Part shown: one piece after another, positions 1 to 10,618 of the stretch
How positions within the stretch are numbered: position 1 is the first letter of the stretch
Layout of the letters: every line of letters starts with the position of its first letter
From: Macrostomum lignano
Taxonomy: Eukaryota
Direction of reading: 5' to 3'
DNA length: 54,115 nucleotides
Assembly: GCA_002269645.1 (NCBI GenBank)
Contig: NIVC01004224.1
Span: 1-54,115, forward strand
Notes under the pieces: generated by a model
What the model saw: only the letters and a program-made list of their open reading frames with translations
The model's database searches: none
Told to the model about the DNA's origin: nothing
Translations under genes and position numbers: made by a program

Positions 1-189
1 CTTCTATAGGAGCGTGTGGATAGAGATTCCAATTTGTTGGGTGAATCAGAAGGTACTAAGTGAGCTCACCAGACTAAAAAAGGTATTTAAGCCCGCCAGT
101 ATCACCCCCGAAGTGCCCCACTTCCATTTATTTTCAAATTAACATTTGTTCCACATCTTCTTTCGCAATTGCGAGTATGTCGAATCAAG

Positions 190-289
190 GTGAGTAGCCC
201 AGAAAACTTGATTTAACTACGAGCGTAAATAGTTTTTCAATTCACTTTTTCTATGGGTCATAAGCTGTCACCGAACTTTCCTATTGCAG
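190..289 (+). other. Probable 5'-leader intron upstream of paralog A
   Basis: Donor CAAG|GTGAGT at 189/190 and acceptor TTTCCTATTGCAG|G at 289/290; 100 nt, AT-rich, followed by a GC-rich exon that reaches the 760 ATG. Confidence 0.55.
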
Positions 290-759
290 GCTAGAGCGCA
301 GTCGAATCCCTGAAGTGTCCGGCCTGACAGGTTTGAGTCTGCTGCCGCTGGACCAGATCGATCTGCGGCGCCCAATATGCAGCGGCCGCTCAATCTCCAA
401 TGCTTGCAAAGCGCGCCGACATCGGTTTGGGTTCCGCCCTGCCGGTCCTGGCACTCGAACCCCCCATCGAGGAAGCTCTGAGAGAGCAGCCGGACCCCAG
501 TGCGCGGCGCTTGGCCTCTGCACCGGGTTGCTGCGGGCGGAGTTGGCGGTTCGCGGCGAGCGGGTCACCGCGGATTGTCCCTGGATCCGGGGGCAGTCTG
601 ACTCGCCTCAGGCGAGCGGGCCCGTCAATTTTTTGTCGTCAAATTTTTTTCGGCAAGAATACTGGCGGCCCCACGCAGTCTCCGATTGTCACCATAGGAG
701 TCTGTGACGCGGTAAAACGATGGAGATTTGACGACTCTACAGAGCCTTAGCGCTTTGAA

Positions 760-1284
760 ATGGTTGATTGTGTGGTGTTGAGCAGCAGCAAGAGCTACAT
801 CAGGAGCCTGAGCAGTAGGTACAACTGCATCCAGGCTGGGACAGTAAGGAGGAGCTTCGGAGACCAGCTAGCGTGCTTCCACTTCAACTTTGAAGGTGAA
901 GATAGGGAGAGAGATAGAGAGCGAGATGGAATATTTTTGTACCACGCTTGGAGCAGAGAGCTGGAGAAAACTGCAGCCAGCATTCGCGTGCGGCTATCGC
1001 CAAAAGTGCACAAGTACTGCAGCGTCTACGCTGTGGCGGTGCGATTCAAAGACCCAGTCCAAGACAATTGGACGAGTTTCCTGGCCGAGATGGAGGACGA
1101 GTCTGCGGCGGCGAGGAGCAGCGGCCGCTATCACAGATGGGAGAAGCTCGAGGTGCCCGACTGCGGCACTAGCGGCCCGGTTGTGATGGTCAGCAGCCTG
1201 TCAGATGGTGATGAGCTGGGCCGAACACGCCCAGTAATTTATAATTTTTCTAAGGAAAACCCTGTTGTATTTTCTACAGAGTAG
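760..1284 (+). CDS. Uncharacterised protein, 174 aa, intronless CDS; paralog A of a local gene pair
   Basis: ATG-to-TAG ORF with GC3-rich codons. Aligns by eye over ~110 aa to the 3285-3719 ORF (shared VLS..YIR.L..Y.C, Q.ACF.F, YHAW..EL, VHK.C.VYAVAV.FKDP, W..F..ME), which supports coding status. Family not recognised. Confidence 0.72.
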   Translation: MVDCVVLSSSKSYIRSLSSRYNCIQAGTVRRSFGDQLACFHFNFEGEDRERDRERDGIFLYHAWSRELEKTAASIRVRLSPKVHKYCSVYAVAVRFKDPVQDNWTSFLAEMEDESAAARSSGRYHRWEKLEVPDCGTSGPVVMVSSLSDGDELGRTRPVIYNFSKENPVVFSTE

Positions 1285-2410
1285 AAGTCAACGTTTTAGC
1301 CCTTTAGCATCTGTTATTATTGCGCTCAGCGGAGTATGGGGGGCTCCGGTTTCAGTCCATGCCGTTTTCAAAGTAAGCAACGATTTCCTCGACGTTCATG
1401 TCGAGACGGTCTGTTGAATCTTTCTGAATCTGTTATACCCTCTGTATTGAATTTACAGATGTGAGTTCACAGTAATTCAAAGTTACACACAATTGTTATA
1501 GACTTGTGACAAAGTGTCCCTGTTTGCAATTCAAAGTGTTCAACTGTGTCGATTCTCGATTTACGAGAAGTTTCACTCGACTTTAACGCAAAGAGCAGAA
1601 TGTCCTTTATATCAAATCAAAGCACAAAAGCCTGATTCTTGATTCTTTTTCAGCGCGTTAAGCGCCCAGACACCATGCTAGATTGCTGGTGTACTTTTTG
1701 CAGGTGAAAAAATGCCTGAAATGTATTACTGTCACTGACCTGGATACCTATAAAAATGAATTCGCTCTGAGAGCGGCAGGTAATAATGCGCGCCTAATTC
1801 AATGCTATTGTGGCTGCGATTCAACAAAACTTTACTACTACAAATACAAAAAAGATTCATACTAAGAGATATTTAAAGTTTAAACAAATAATTCTGTTCG
1901 ACTTTTTTAATTCCATGCAAAAAAACCGGCATTAACTTAAAAAATTATTTTGCAAGAAAGGATGACTTTTTAAGAAAACAAACTTGTGAGTGATAGCTAG
2001 GGCTAAATTTTTCGAAAAAATCCAAGCTAACTTGCATTTCTTGTTAAAGCAAAGGCAGCAATTTACTCGGATTTTCCGAGAAAAATCTTGCCTCCAAGAC
2101 AGTGTACAAGCGGTCGATTTTCCAGTGTACATTTCCGATGCACTCTCTCTCTCTCTGCCCCTACTCTTTTGGGTGAACGGTTCAGCTGTGTGGAAAGCAT
2201 GGAAATGCGTTTGACGTTTCCTCTACGTTGCTAATCTGCCTCTTCTCTTTTGTGCAGGACTTATCCGTAGTTCACAGTGCGGCCCCGATGTACACGTAGC
2301 TTGTATAAAACAAGCAGCGCTTGTCGGTTGGAGGGAAAGATTTCTCTGCTTCGTTCTTGTCTTGTTTTTCTCTGCAGGCGCAGCACAACATGGCTGCGTT
2401 CCAACTCTTG

Positions 2411-2528
2411 GTAAGTAGTGCGTTTGGAATGAAACCTCTTAAAAGACCACCTATGCATATAAAAGCACTATAGCACTAATAAAGTCAGTTCACTAACCTA
2501 CTATTCTTTCCTTGACCTATTCCTACAG
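2411..2528 (+). other. Probable 5'-leader intron upstream of paralog B
   Basis: Donor TTG|GTAAGT at 2410/2411, branch-like CACTAAC at ~2491, pyrimidine tract and CCTACAG|G acceptor at 2528/2529; 118 nt. The preceding mini-exon 2378-2410 has its own TTTTTCTCTGCAG acceptor. Confidence 0.65.
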
Positions 2529-2567
2529 GCTGAATACAAACTAGGTCGCAGAGGTGACCGGTCTGAC

Positions 2568-3027
2568 AAGCGGTGACCAAATATGGCGCGCCTGACATCG
2601 CCCGCTTTCTCAGCTCCGATCTCTGCGCCGCGCCTAACTTTCGCATTCGGTTCAGACGAACCGGAGCCAGCCTCTCAGACTGGCTCGGAGACGGCGGAGA
2701 TGCCCAGAAAGTGCTCAGCTGCGAGCTGACCGCGGCGCGCACAGCGCGCGCGCCCACCACTACCGGCCAAGACATGGATTGGCAACAGTGGGTGGGGCAC
2801 GCGCGCACGCGCCGCAGTCAGCTCACAGCTGCCACTTTCTGGGCGTTTCCGCCGACTCCGGGTTGCTTGTGACGCTTCGCACTCAGTGCGGCGACTGATC
2901 CTCAGTCGGAGAGGCTGGCTACGGCTCGTCTAAAATCTGAATGGAATGCGCAGGTGAGGATGCGGCCGCAGAGATCGGATCTGAGCAAGCGAGGCGCTGT
3001 CAGGCGCGCCATATTTGGTGGCCGCTT
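2568..3027. repeat. ~460-bp imperfect fold-back (long inverted repeat)
   Basis: 2568-~2760 is the reverse complement of ~2788-3027 (e.g. CCAAATATGGCGCGCCTGACA / TGTCAGGCGCGCCATATTTGG; CCCAGAAAGTG / CACTTTCTGGG). Loop ~2761-2787, with a ~40-nt insertion at ~2863-2902 in the right arm. Confidence 0.9.
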
Positions 3028-3284
3028 TCGGGCATGGCCGATCCAAGGTTGCCGCCTGCGGCGGGCTCGACCGGGTGCTGTCAAAGAGTTCAGTGCCAGT
3101 GAAACTCGAATTGTGGCCAGCTATAGCTGGATACTTGATGGATTAGTTAAGGCAACCCCCGGATCGAAGCTCGCACGCCGGACTGGCAAATTCTTGGCGG
3201 CCGCCGTCTACAGCCAACAAGATCGGCTCTGAAGGCGGGGAATCCGATGGCGATCAGCTGTATTCGTGAAGCCAGTAACTCAGC

Positions 3285-3719
3285 ATGTTCCCAATCGTAT
3301 TAAGCACTAATGAGACCTATATTAGACGACTCGGCGACAAGTACGAGTGCACCTCTGCTGTCCAAGTGCGCTACTCACTCGATCAGCAAGTTGCATGCTT
3401 CCTCTTCCATCTGGACGATGAGGCGAGCGGAGAGCTTAGAAAGGTTCGCATGTACCACGCCTGGTGCAGCGAGCTGGACAGGAAGACGAAGCCCAACTTT
3501 ACTGTGCGAGTGCCGGCACGAGTGCACAAGCACTGCAAGGTGTACGCCGTGGCTGTCAAGTTCAAGGACCCGCATAGCTGGCTAAAGTTTCAGCCGGACA
3601 TGGAGAGGACCGTCAGCAGCTGGAAAGCAGCGGCGCCTACCACTGCTGGGAGCTGCTGCCAGAAGGCAAAGTCTGCAACACGGCATCCAAAGACGAGAAA
3701 GATTATCCGTGCCCGATGA
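3285..3719 (+). CDS. Uncharacterised protein, 144 aa, intronless CDS; paralog B
   Basis: ATG-to-TGA ORF; clear homology to the 760-1284 protein; AATAAA signals downstream (~3951, ~4076). Confidence 0.72.
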   Translation: MFPIVLSTNETYIRRLGDKYECTSAVQVRYSLDQQVACFLFHLDDEASGELRKVRMYHAWCSELDRKTKPNFTVRVPARVHKHCKVYAVAVKFKDPHSWLKFQPDMERTVSSWKAAAPTTAGSCCQKAKSATRHPKTRKIIRAR

Positions 3720-4237
3720 TAATTGCCGCCATGATTGCCGAGAACTATCAAAGCCTGCGGTTGGACTTGTACACTGACGCCACTTGTGTATTCGTCCCTT
3801 CGTCTGATTCGGTCGATAACAGTAGTATATGCGCGAGTTAGCTTAGCCTACTTAGATTCCCCAATTTGTTCTGTACTGATACTGTACTCGTAGTATAATT
3901 TCTGCAGTATACATATTATATATAATTTTGTTTAATGCAAAAGAAGCAAAAATAAAACAAAATTAGCTACAAGTGCTTCATTTTAATCAATGGTTTTTTC
4001 AGACGAACAGCTTAAGAAAAATGAAGTTCGAATGGTTTCTTTATTAAAAAATGAACACAGGATAAATAATAACACAATAAACTTGTATTCAAATTATTGA
4101 AACAAGCATTTGTTCATTATTAATCATAAAAGTATATAGCAGTACAATGCTACTCGTACTGAATTAGACGATTGGTTAAATTATGAATTGTGAAGTCTAT
4201 AACTACAGATTAAATTGGTTCACTCAAATTACCTTGT

Positions 4238-5373
4238 TCATTCAAACGGAGGGTTGCTGACCAATTCATTCAGACTGAGGGTTACTGACCCATCCATTCA
4301 GACGGAGGGTTGCTGACCCATCCATTCAGACGGAGGGTTACTGACTTATCCATTCAGACGGACGGAGGGTTACTGACCCATCCATTCAGACGGAGGGTTA
4401 CTGACCCATCCATTCAGACGGAGGGTTACTGACCCATCCATTCAGACAGAGGGTTACTGACCCATCCATTCAGACGGACGGAGGGTTACTGACCCATCCA
4501 TTCAGACAGAGGGTTACTGACCTATCCATTCAAACGGAGGGTTGCTGACCAATTACTAACCTATCCATTCAGACGGAGGGTTACTGACCCATCCATTAAG
4601 ACGGAGGGTTACTGACCCATCCATTCAGACTGAGGGTTACTGACCCATCCATTCAGACGGAGGGTTACTGATCCATCCATTCAGACGGAGGGTTACTGAC
4701 CCATCCATTCAGACGGAGGGTTACTGACTTATCCATTCAGACTGAGGGTTACTGACCCATCCATTCAGACAGAGGGTTACTGACCCATCCATTCAGACGG
4801 ACGGAGGGTTACTGACCCATCCATTCAGACAGAGGGTTACTGACCTATCCATTCAAACGGAGGGTTGCTGACCAATTCATTCAGACTGAGGGTTACTGAC
4901 CCATCCATTCAGACGGAGGGTTGCTGACCCATCCATTCCGACGGAGGGTTACTGACTTATCCATTCAGACTGAGGGTTACTGACCCATCCATTCAGACAG
5001 AGGGTTACTGACCTATCCATTCAGACGGAGGGTTACTGACCCATCCATTAAGACGGAGGGTTACTGACCCATCCATTAAGACGGAGGGTTACTGACCCAT
5101 CCATTCAGACGGAGGGTTACTGACCCATCCATTCAGACGGAGGGTTGCTGACCCATCCATTCAGACGGAGGGTGGAGGGTTACTGACCCATCCATTCAGA
5201 CGAAGGGTTACTGACCCATCCAATTCAGACGGAGGGTGGAGGGTTACTGACCCATCCATTCAGACGAAGGGTTACTGACCCATCCAATTCAGACGGAGGG
5301 TGGAGGGTTACTGACCCATCCATTCAGACGAAGGGTTACTGACCCATCCAATTCAGACGGAGGGTTGCTGACC
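4238..5373. repeat. Minisatellite, 28-bp unit CCCATCCATTCAGACGGAGGGTTACTGA, ~40 copies
   Basis: Direct tandem repetition with small variants (GACGGACGG, GGAGGGTGGAGGG); lies between the convergent paralog B and UBE2A genes. Confidence 0.97.
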
Positions 5374-5502
5374 TAAAAATGATATATTGACCAGCGATAG
5401 ACATAATGCAGTTGAAATGAAAACAATGGAAAGCATGGATCACAGGGCTGTGGTTGGACAGTCATACGAGTATTGAAATCAATATCAGCTGACGCTCGCG
5501 CA

Positions 5503-5973
5503 TCACAGCTTGTCGTCCCGATGCCGCCAGGAGTCCTCAACAATGCGGCTCACCCGCTCAGTGTACTCCCGACAGTTATTGGTGAGCAGCTCCGCTGCGG
5601 CCATGTTGGCTGGCGAGTGTGGATTCGGATCGCCTAGCAACGACTGCAGGGAGGTCAGCACGGCGCGTACATCGTATGAGGTGCTCCATTGGTTCTGCAG
5701 GATGTCCAAGCAGATGGAGCCGTCAGCGTACACATTCGGATGGAACATGGAGGTGAGAAACTTCACGGCTGGCGGCTTGTTCGGATACTCCTCAGTGAAG
5801 GTCATGCTGAGCTTGAACACTCCGCCTTCGAATGCGGTGTCGTCTGGCCCGAGAATGACCGCCTTCCACACCATGATGTTTTCGTCGGTGGGGCAGGCAC
5901 CAACGCCTGGCGGCGGGTCCTTCTGCATCATCTGTAGGTCTTTCATTAGGCGACGCCGGGCGGCTGTTGACAT
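5503..5973 (-). CDS. UBE2A: Ubiquitin-conjugating enzyme E2, Rad6/UBE2A/B family, 156 aa, intronless CDS
   Basis: [11 protein letters not shown]-terminus, [29 protein letters not shown] (HPN motif and catalytic Cys), PNPHSPAN. The true start is the ATG at 5973; the ORF track's 26-aa extension is upstream non-coding sequence. Confidence 0.93.
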   Translation of the reverse strand: MSTAARRRLMKDLQMMQKDPPPGVGACPTDENIMVWKAVILGPDDTAFEGGVFKLSMTFTEEYPNKPPAVKFLTSMFHPNVYADGSICLDILQNQWSTSYDVRAVLTSLQSLLGDPNPHSPANMAAAELLTNNCREYTERVSRIVEDSWRHRDDKL

Positions 5974-6181
5974 GACTCTGGCTGGAGTTTGAGCAAGCCA
6001 AATAAAGTGAGTCTTTTGTAATGTCAGAAACTTCTGATTCACTATCATCATGGCTACAGCTGGAGATCATATAACTATTGTATCTGTGGAAAATAAGTAA
6101 TTGCTCTTATGTTGGTTACCACCATAGAAAAATAAAACTAAATATAACAAAATCTATTTACATATGGTGAACTGATTAATA

Positions 6182-6490
6182 GGGGGCCGTAGCCCAGTGG
6201 TCAAGTGTGGCGCTCTGATATGCCAGCAGCCCAGGCTCAATTCCAAATGCAGTCACATTAATTTGGGCTAAATTGGAATCTTGACTTGGCTCTACTCGTG
6301 TAATTAATGCCCTTGAAGGCCAACTGCCAAAGCATAGTAAAGTGTAGATGCCTAATGATAAATAAAGTTGGGGCTGCTGTAGATTACTTTGTGAGTATTT
6401 GCCTGTGTATATGATTGTGTATGTATCTATTCACTTGTATGCCTGCTTAGAGGAGTCAGTGGAATGAGCAATAATGCCTCTCACAACTCA
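6182..6490 (+). mobile_element. tRNA-derived SINE, copy 1 (old, CpG-decayed)
   Basis: A-box TAGCCCAGTGG and degenerate B-box GGCTCAATTCC; ~300-bp body homologous to the copies at 16405 and 33150. Confidence 0.8.
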
Positions 6491-6694
6491 CTAGGTATTA
6501 TAGACAATGTCATTTAATGGATAAATTATAATTAAAATGTCAAATTATAATGAATTAGCCTGGCCATAGCATACAAGTGCACTATATTTTTATTGCATAT
6601 AAAAAACAATTAAGCTTGCAAAGGTAAGAAAACTCATATTAGGAATATAATGTCAAAAAGTATCCTAGGTATGTATATCTTGAAATGGTACAAT

Positions 6695-6998
6695 CATACA
6701 TGCACAACAGGCGGCCAAGTCGGCCGATGCGGCCGACCGATTTGGCGGCCAAACAAGGAAGTCGCAAAAATGCCCACCCAAAAAATACCCAAGTAGTAGT
6801 ACTAAGTAGCTGACGAGGCATTTTGACTCAATAAGACAGTTATAGTTACTCCTGCCGTTTACCCAAATTAGCGTTAATTTTTCTTTATGCTAGGGTTTTT
6901 TTACTTGTAAGTCACATTTTTGGCCAAAAACTATGTCGCATATTTTTGTTAAAAGGAAGTCGCATGGCCAACCAAATTTTAGAGGTTGCGCATGTATG
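6695..6998. mobile_element. hAT-type MITE, 304 bp
   Basis: 14-bp TIRs CATACATGCACAAC / GTTGCGCATGTATG and a perfect 8-bp TSD GGTACAAT (6687-6694, 6999-7006); second copy at 20597. Confidence 0.9.
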
Positions 6999-7281
6999 GG
7001 TACAATAGAATATTATTATTAGTTATTAAGTAAATAAAATTCATTATTCAATCAATATTTCTGGTTTTTTTATTGTTTCTTATAATAGACTATTAATGTA
7101 TACATTTAGGCCATAAACAAAATGTTGCATTTGATTTTTATTACATTGATAATTAAGCAACATCTTGAATATCATTCAATTTTTATAGCTTAGATAATTA
7201 TAGTATGCATAATAGCCTAGCCTTGATAAATGTTTATATTTCCTTTGTATAATTGATTTGGTAAGAAAAGATTGGCCAAAA

Positions 7282-8358
7282 CTAATGTTCCGCCATAGTT
7301 ACGGCTACAGCTATAAGATCTTATGGCAAATATAGTACAATAAGTGCTCACAATAACTATGGATATAACTATGGTAAATAGCTGCTCTTATGGCTACAAC
7401 TATGGAAATATGATAGTTTTTGTCACATTCCATAGATTCTAATAGCTATACTTATTAATAAAAAACAAAAAAATGAACATTAGAAACAAGTAAAATAAAA
7501 CAAAGATACTTTGGTAAACTCTATTATAGACTTAGAAACTTATAGATTATACCTAATAAAGTATAATAAAATGCTAGCAAACTCAAACTTTTATTAATGT
7601 AAAAAGTTTAACACTAGTACTTTCACTTCAATAGTGATTAAGTATTGTTACTCTTTATAAAAAAGATGAAATATAATCTTACAAAGGCAATTGAGTGCTT
7701 GTTTTATTTTCTACCTTAATTTGCATTTGTTTAAACACTAGGTTATCTTTTTGATTCAAAATATTTTGTTTCTTAGACTTTTTGTTAAAACTATAGTTAT
7801 GGCTATGAAAACTATAGGAATATAGTAATATTGGGGTCTTTATGGCTACATAATACAAAGAATTGGAATAAGCCATATTTTATAAGCCATATAAGCCACG
7901 GCTACGGCTATGGCACATGGACCCCCCTTATGGCAAAACATTAGAGGTCAGATGGGATTGAAATCTTTGGGCGGGATCGGGATCAAGAATAATTTTTTTC
8001 TTGGGATCGGGATCAGAATCGGGATTCAGGAATTGGGATCAGGTCTTTTGGTGTATTGTAGTTCATAGGTCCATATAAAGTTAAACAAAATTGAGCAAAA
8101 AATGTCAAGATCAAAAGTAAAACAACAAAATAGATGCAAAGTTTTATAATAAAAAAAGTAATAAGATAATGAATATAAGTTAAAACAAAATATATTTAAT
8201 TTAATCACTAATTCTATAAACTTTTGATCAAAAGACCTATTCCCAATTCTTGTGTTTTTTAGGATTAGGATCCTGGTCCTGCAGGAATACAATTTTCCTA
8301 GGATCCTGGGATTTTGGGATTGGGATCGGGATCCTATCTGACCTCTATAGAACACTAA
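7282..8358. mobile_element. Non-autonomous DNA element with GGCTA/CTATGG-rich subterminal repeats, interrupted in its right TIR by the 7942-8347 element
   Basis: Left TIR CTAATGTTCCGCCATAG (7282); right TIR remnants TTATGGCAAAACAT (7928-7941) and TAGAACACTAA (8348-8358); CCAAAA flanks both ends. Confidence 0.55.
7942..8347. mobile_element. hAT-like MITE with GGGATC subterminal repeats
   Basis: 16-bp TIRs TAGAGGTCAGATGGGA / TCCTATCTGACCTCTA; multiple GGGATC motifs inside both ends; degenerate 8-bp flanks CAAAACAT / TAGAACAC. Confidence 0.75.
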
Positions 8359-9319
8359 CCAAAACTATCTATTTTGGCTTTAAAAAGAGACTGCATTTTC
8401 CTAATGGCATATTAGCAAGATAGCAATATAGATACTTAACAAGGTTTGCATTGTATTCAAAGATCATATACTAGGTAATGCAAGTTTTTATTCACTAATG
8501 CCTTGCTGCTAATGGCTACCCTGAACTGATAATAGGGCCTATCCTTTGTTTTGGTTTTATATTTTCTATGCATATAACTTTGTTTGATTGGTTTTTACCA
8601 ACATTAAACTGACATTAAAATGTACATAGCTAGTGTACATAACAAACTAAACAAATGGCATGATTCCACAATCCACATGCTAGTTGCCTAGTTGTAATGT
8701 AGATAAGATGAGATTGAATAGCCCTGGAAAACAATCTGTACTTTTATCCTAGCAGATCCTGCCTTACATGATCTTATAGATAGAATAGGCTTATCTGAAG
8801 GAGCTTGCAATAATTTTTTCCTTCATGATCTGCTTGCTAGTAGGCCTATCTGGTTTGAACATGTACAACTCTAACAACTGGTTGAAATTGAAATTGAAAC
8901 AAAACAGTTTTTACTACTTACTAGGTTTGTAGTTTTAATCTAATTTACTAGTTGTTACAATAAAAACCTTATTCTTAAATCAATTATCAAAAATAAAAAA
9001 ACAATTATCGAGATCACGGTTTAGTCTGGCATGTGGGAACTGTTATACATGTAATTAATGACTTTTTATTGACAGATACCGGGGATGGGATAGTATACAT
9101 AGTACAATAGTGACATGGGAGGTTATTTCGGGGAATACTCACATTTAATTTTTAAGACTCATTTAAACTAAAATTCAGACTTTTTTGTTTTTTTCAGCAT
9201 TTAAAGCTCCCATCACTCTGGTACGCATAAAATTTTAAAGCATATTACAGCACTAATATTAATGCATATTTAAGCTACATAATGTTAATTATGGAAGCAT
9301 TAGAAAGGTAGCACCGCGG

Positions 9320-10190
9320 ATCGCAGCGACTTGTTCTGCTGTCTACAAGCTTTTGACTCCGTCAGTCGAGCCGCCATTGCCTGGCTCCTCCAGCAGCATG
9401 GTCGCATGGAATTAGCTGCTGGTTCTGGGGATCTTGAACCTCTACAACCAGTCCAAGGCTTTTGTCAAGACTCACTCTACTATGGGCCCTACATTTGAAT
9501 TGTTGAATTGTATACTATGTACTACGTCATGCTGCTGGCGCTGTGGCTATGATAGCCACTTCATAGAAGATGGCTAGGAAGTGTTGCCTTGCGGTAGCTA
9601 GCTCCCGCTTTCCAGCTTGTAAAAGCTGACCTCTGCCTAGCTACATGTACGCCGACGACATTGCGCTTACCTGCTGCAACCCCGAAGCTGCGCAGAGCTG
9701 CAAAAAGCGTCGGAGAAAAGGCTGGCTGACGAGGGGAAGCGCGTGGGGCTCCACATCAGCTACGGCAAGACAGCTGGGAGGTACATGTACGCTGCCTTCA
9801 TTGCCACCTTTCCTCCTGCTTCTGCTTCTACATGGACGGAAACACTATCGCCCCGTGTAATTAACTATGCAGGTTAAATATCTTGGGCATCCTGGTCACT
9901 GATCCGGGTGCCATATTGTCAACAACCGCAATCAGCTGGTTACCTCCCACCAGAAGGTGGCCTCCCATCTTCGCTCCATCTTTAACTGCCGGCTCGCCAC
10001 CGACAGCCTGAATGAAGGTCGCGGCCTATTCCGATTTGGCAGTTGAGACGGCCGGTGCTGACCTACGGGCTGGAGGCTGTATGACTGCTCTGCACGATCG
10101 TGAGGCAAGCCTGGAGGCCCGCCATCGCCACCTCCTGCGCAATGCCCTGGGCATCCGGTTCCACTATTTTAATTACCCCCTCAGTCTGCA
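9320..10190 (+). pseudogene. Decayed non-LTR retrotransposon (LINE, RTE/CR1-like) reverse transcriptase fragment
   Basis: Collinear RT motifs in broken frames: AFDSVSRAAIAWLLQQHG (~9349), YADDIAL (~9648), VKYLG (~9873), HRHLLRNALGIRF (~10122). Stops and frameshifts lie between them. Confidence 0.8.
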
Positions 10191-10618
10191 GCTAGGCTTA
10201 AGGCTGGACTCAGCTCAGCTGTTTTCCACTAGCGGGTGCTCCGCTGACCACCCATGCCAGCAGTGTCTATTAAATATAAATAATTGTATTAATACTATGT
10301 CGCGACTTTCCTAGTCATTTCTTTAGTTCACCTTCACTTGTCTCTGTTTACTGTTTTCTCTCTCTCTGTGTCTAGCTCAATCTTGTTATTCTTATCTCTC
10401 TCTCCCTTGCTGCCTTCTGATTGGTTCTCCATTCTCGCCTCTCTATTTAGTCGTGCACTCCACCCCCTCTCTTTATTATCTGCAATTCAAACCCCCTAAG
10501 TTAATGTCTGGTATAAATATACTTGTTTGGGCCCTGCGCCCACTTACTGGCTTATCTTAGGTTCAATTTAACTCCAAGTAACTCTCTAGTTTTTAGTTTA
10601 GTTAGTATTTTTTCTACA

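Noticed and set aside
281-750. Overlapping ORFs 281-568, 315-707 and 400-750, and weak resemblance of 320-380 to the fold-back arm
   Set aside because: No recognisable protein, non-ATG starts, GC-rich leader; the similarity to the hairpin is too short to call homology by eye.
4238-5373. CRISPR-like appearance of 28-31 bp repeat arrays (also 34067-35710)
   Set aside because: Units are head-to-tail with no unique spacers, no cas genes, and the context is eukaryotic.
5974-6051. 26-aa N-terminal extension of the E2 ORF in the track
   Set aside because: Rad6 proteins start at MST.ARRRL; the extension is AT-rich and contains acceptor-like signals.
6182-6260. Possible tRNA genes at the SINE heads (also 16405 and 40060-40104)
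   Set aside because: A/B boxes are present but no complete cloverleaf or acceptor stem, and the sequences continue into a shared repeat body.
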